Made by a program: the position numbers and the translations under genes
In this document: positions 61,540 to 64,000 of the stretch, piece by piece
Position numbering within the stretch: position 1 is the first letter of the stretch
Layout of the letters: every line of letters starts with the position of its first letter
From: Candidatus Bathyarchaeota archaeon
Lineage (GTDB): Archaea > Thermoproteota > Bathyarchaeia > Bathyarchaeales > Bathycorpusculaceae
Direction of reading: 5' to 3'
Length of the DNA: 64,000 nucleotides
NCBI GenBank assembly: GCA_963832745.1
Contig: CAWHVC010000004.1
Coordinates: 64,001-128,000, forward strand
The notes under the pieces: model-generated
Database searches by the model: none
The model's input: the letters and a program-made list of their open reading frames with translations, nothing else
Told to the model about the DNA's origin: nothing

Positions 61540-61926
61540 TTACTCCCATACTGGGTCGGCTGCTGTATAGGTTACGCGCACTGAATCACTGGGAAATTCA
61601 ATGGCGATATTGATGTTTTTTGAGTTTTCTGCTGCAATGTCACCAAAAGAGATTATTTCTGTTTTTAGTGCCTGTTGATTGTCTGCGTTAAAGAACGTAA
61701 TTTCCACACTTACGTTTTTTGCATCTTTTTGTCCAAGGTTTTCTGCGGTGCCTTCCAACTGATAGGCTCCAGTTTGCATGTCATATCCGCCGCCAAAAGA
61801 TGTAGCAATTGAAGCGTCTAAGATTTGAGGGGTCTCTGTAGGGTTAAATACTGCTCCAAGCATTCCTGAAATTAAGGCTACACCAACAACCGATACAACA
61901 ATAACTGCAGAAACAACCGCAAGCAA
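61540..61926 (-). CDS. Membrane-anchored Ig-like (FxLYD-like) protein
   Basis: N-terminal TM helix; GTAENLG..DAKNVSVEITFFNAD. Confidence 0.55.
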   Translation of the reverse strand: MLAVVSAVIVVSVVGVALISGMLGAVFNPTETPQILDASIATSFGGGYDMQTGAYQLEGTAENLGQKDAKNVSVEITFFNADNQQALKTEIISFGDIAAENSKNINIAIEFPSDSVRVTYTAADPVWE

Positions 61927-62629
61927 TAATTATATGTGATTTTTGCATAAATCATAGCAGCCATATTCTCCACCTAATAAGCTTTTAAGCGTTAAAAGGA
62001 TAATATCATGGATTCTTTGAATTTTTTTAATTGCTCTTACTTTTTTGTATTAAAAAAATAAAGCATTCATTTGTTTATTTTAAAAGTAGCAAATCATTTT
62101 ACAAAAAATAGTTTTATCAAGAGGAGACGCCATTTTGGCAAGTGTTTTCACTACTTGAAGTTTAAGTCCCTTTGTTCCCTAAGATAGAGAAGGAAATTTA
62201 GGTGTTAAAATGTGTGGTTCTTTACTTAGAGACGGTGGGTGAATTGCCTGGGGGCAAGGGGGAGTCGGGAGCGATGTGCGTTGCCTTGTCCAGATATTGG
62301 AAGTTGACATAGGTTATAGGTTCGCTATGATTCAAGGAATCATAATATTACCGGTTTATGAGGTTTGTAGATGGAGGATTACAGTCACACGTAGTTATAT
62401 TATCGTGCCCGTTAATTCAATTATAAGAGAGGAAATTTTATGGTACACTGTCATGATATGAAATTAGGTCAGGTTTATTTCTGTGAAGAATGCGGACTCG
62501 AACTGAAAGTTGCTAAGAGCTGCACTGTGGACGGTAACCATCCAAAAGGAGTAACTTGTACTGTTTGCACTCATGTCTGCTGCGATAAAGACATGAAATT
62601 GAAAGCATAGTTAAGGATAGAAAAGAGTT

Positions 62630-63139
62630 ATGGAAGAAAAACTTGAAGCTAAAACAAAATATAAAGTTGATGGCTCCTTTGGAGATAGAATTAATTACTT
62701 TTTCAGCGACATAGGTCTTGCGCCTCTACAAGTGCCCATCACCATTCTTGAAAATTCTGAATATAGCCGCTTTATAGACAGACACTCAATGGCGTCTATG
62801 CGCTTTAGCGACAATGATTCGAAAGCAACGAGCCTTTGCGAGGAAACTGAACAAGACCGTAACAAAATTTATCTTAGAGAACTTGATGGCGCAATAGATT
62901 TGAGCGCAGCAATTCAGGGATTTCTACAGGCATATATTCCAAATTACGAAAAAGCATTGATAGATAGGGCAACAGATGTCTTTGTAAGTGCGTTTAGATG
63001 TTATGACAAACTGTATAGCGAAAAAGTACTTAGAGACTTTTTTGTTTCGATATGCAAACAAGACAGCAATCTCTTCAAACTAGCTCAACTTAAACGCAAT
63101 AGCCAAACAACTACAATTCCAACAACACATTCAACCTAA
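62630..63139 (+). CDS. Hypothetical protein
   Basis: 169-aa ORF, no recognised motif. Confidence 0.45.
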   Translation: MEEKLEAKTKYKVDGSFGDRINYFFSDIGLAPLQVPITILENSEYSRFIDRHSMASMRFSDNDSKATSLCEETEQDRNKIYLRELDGAIDLSAAIQGFLQAYIPNYEKALIDRATDVFVSAFRCYDKLYSEKVLRDFFVSICKQDSNLFKLAQLKRNSQTTTIPTTHST

Positions 63140-63587
63140 AACCACAGTCTCCTCCATATTTTCTAAAATAATCAAAACCGCGAACCAGATAGGGCTTGCG
63201 AAAGGGCGCAAGCGAAGTGCCATCGAGTAAGGCTTACGAATAGCGAGTAGCACTCTAAAAAAGCTGTAATTGGTAGCTAATGAAAAAAACCGCTTCTGGA
63301 CTTTAGAAAACGATATCTTAATTCTTAAATCCTAACAAGTTAAACTAACTCCAATTAAATTAAGCTGACCTATAGGCAAAACTGGTTTAAAAAAATATTT
63401 ACAGATGATTTTTCAGCTTCTTCCAAGTTCAAGTTATATTTGAATGAGCTAACAAGGTCAGTCAAATCAGAATATCGACATACAACCTATTGAGCCCTTT
63501 TTACGGAGGGAATAAATATTTGTAGTTGCTGAGTTAACTTCCTTGACAGTTCAATTCATTGATTGAATTAGTGGTTGACGCTATCTG

Positions 63588-64000
63588 ATGACCGAAAAGG
63601 ATGAATCCAAAGACAAAGAAAATTATGGATTGAACAGGGTTTTAGCTTTAACAGATGGCGTATTTGCCATAGCAGCTACACTGCTTGTTGTTGACTTGTT
63701 TGTTCCCACTCTTTCACCAGATGCAACATCCGCAGACCTATGGAATGCATTATCTGGCGAGTTTCACACATTCTTAGCTTACCTTCTAAGCTTTTTCATT
63801 CTTGGAGTTTGGTGGAACGCTCACCACAGACATTATAGTTTAATACGCAACTCAGATGCAAAGTTAAGATGGTTGAATCTTTTTCTTTTACTCTGGATTG
63901 GGTTGCTTCCGTTTTTTACTAAAATTTTAGCTGAGTATGGACCACTTCAATCGGCTGTTGCTCTTTACGCCTTAGACCAAGGAGCCGCAGGCCTGTGTGT
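63588..64000 (+). CDS. TMEM175 family (DUF1211) potassium channel, 3'-truncated by the window edge
   Basis: RVLALTDGVFAIAATLLVVDL, AYLLSFFILGVWWNAHHR, WLNLFFLL...LPF.T. Confidence 0.9.
   Translation, partial: MTEKDESKDKENYGLNRVLALTDGVFAIAATLLVVDLFVPTLSPDATSADLWNALSGEFHTFLAYLLSFFILGVWWNAHHRHYSLIRNSDAKLRWLNLFLLLWIGLLPFFTKILAEYGPLQSAVALYALDQGAAGLC

Overview
Archaeal chromosomal segment. The gene families, TATA-type promoters and T-tract terminators point to Bathyarchaeia (inference). Many otherwise intact genes carry single-base frameshifts, most simply explained as uncorrected long-read indels. In order, the window holds: a radical SAM/SPASM enzyme; a HAD-phosphatase/isoprenoid-kinase fusion; two regulators upstream of a large Ig-like surface protein with a collagen stalk; a subtilisin; a complete NHEJ set (LigD polymerase, Ku, ligase-phosphoesterase) with DUF72; a beta-propeller surface protein behind a structured leader; a tandemly duplicated ABC-2 operon; compatible-solute and small stress genes; a ~20 kb glycosylation locus ending in nonulosonic acid genes; and vapBC, PRC-barrel and TMEM175 genes. 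The best candidate for an undescribed system is at 53-59.5 kb. It contains a ComQ-like isoprenyl transferase with only one intact DDxxD motif, a 72-aa peptide with a Nif11-like helical leader and a C-terminal Trp (..SPQKWPEEY), an MFS transporter and an anticodon-less AsnRS paralogue, next to TrmB, PadR, MinD and wHTH regulators. This could be an archaeal prenylated-peptide (RiPP/ComQX-like) signalling system. No rRNA, tRNA, CRISPR array or transposase was seen.
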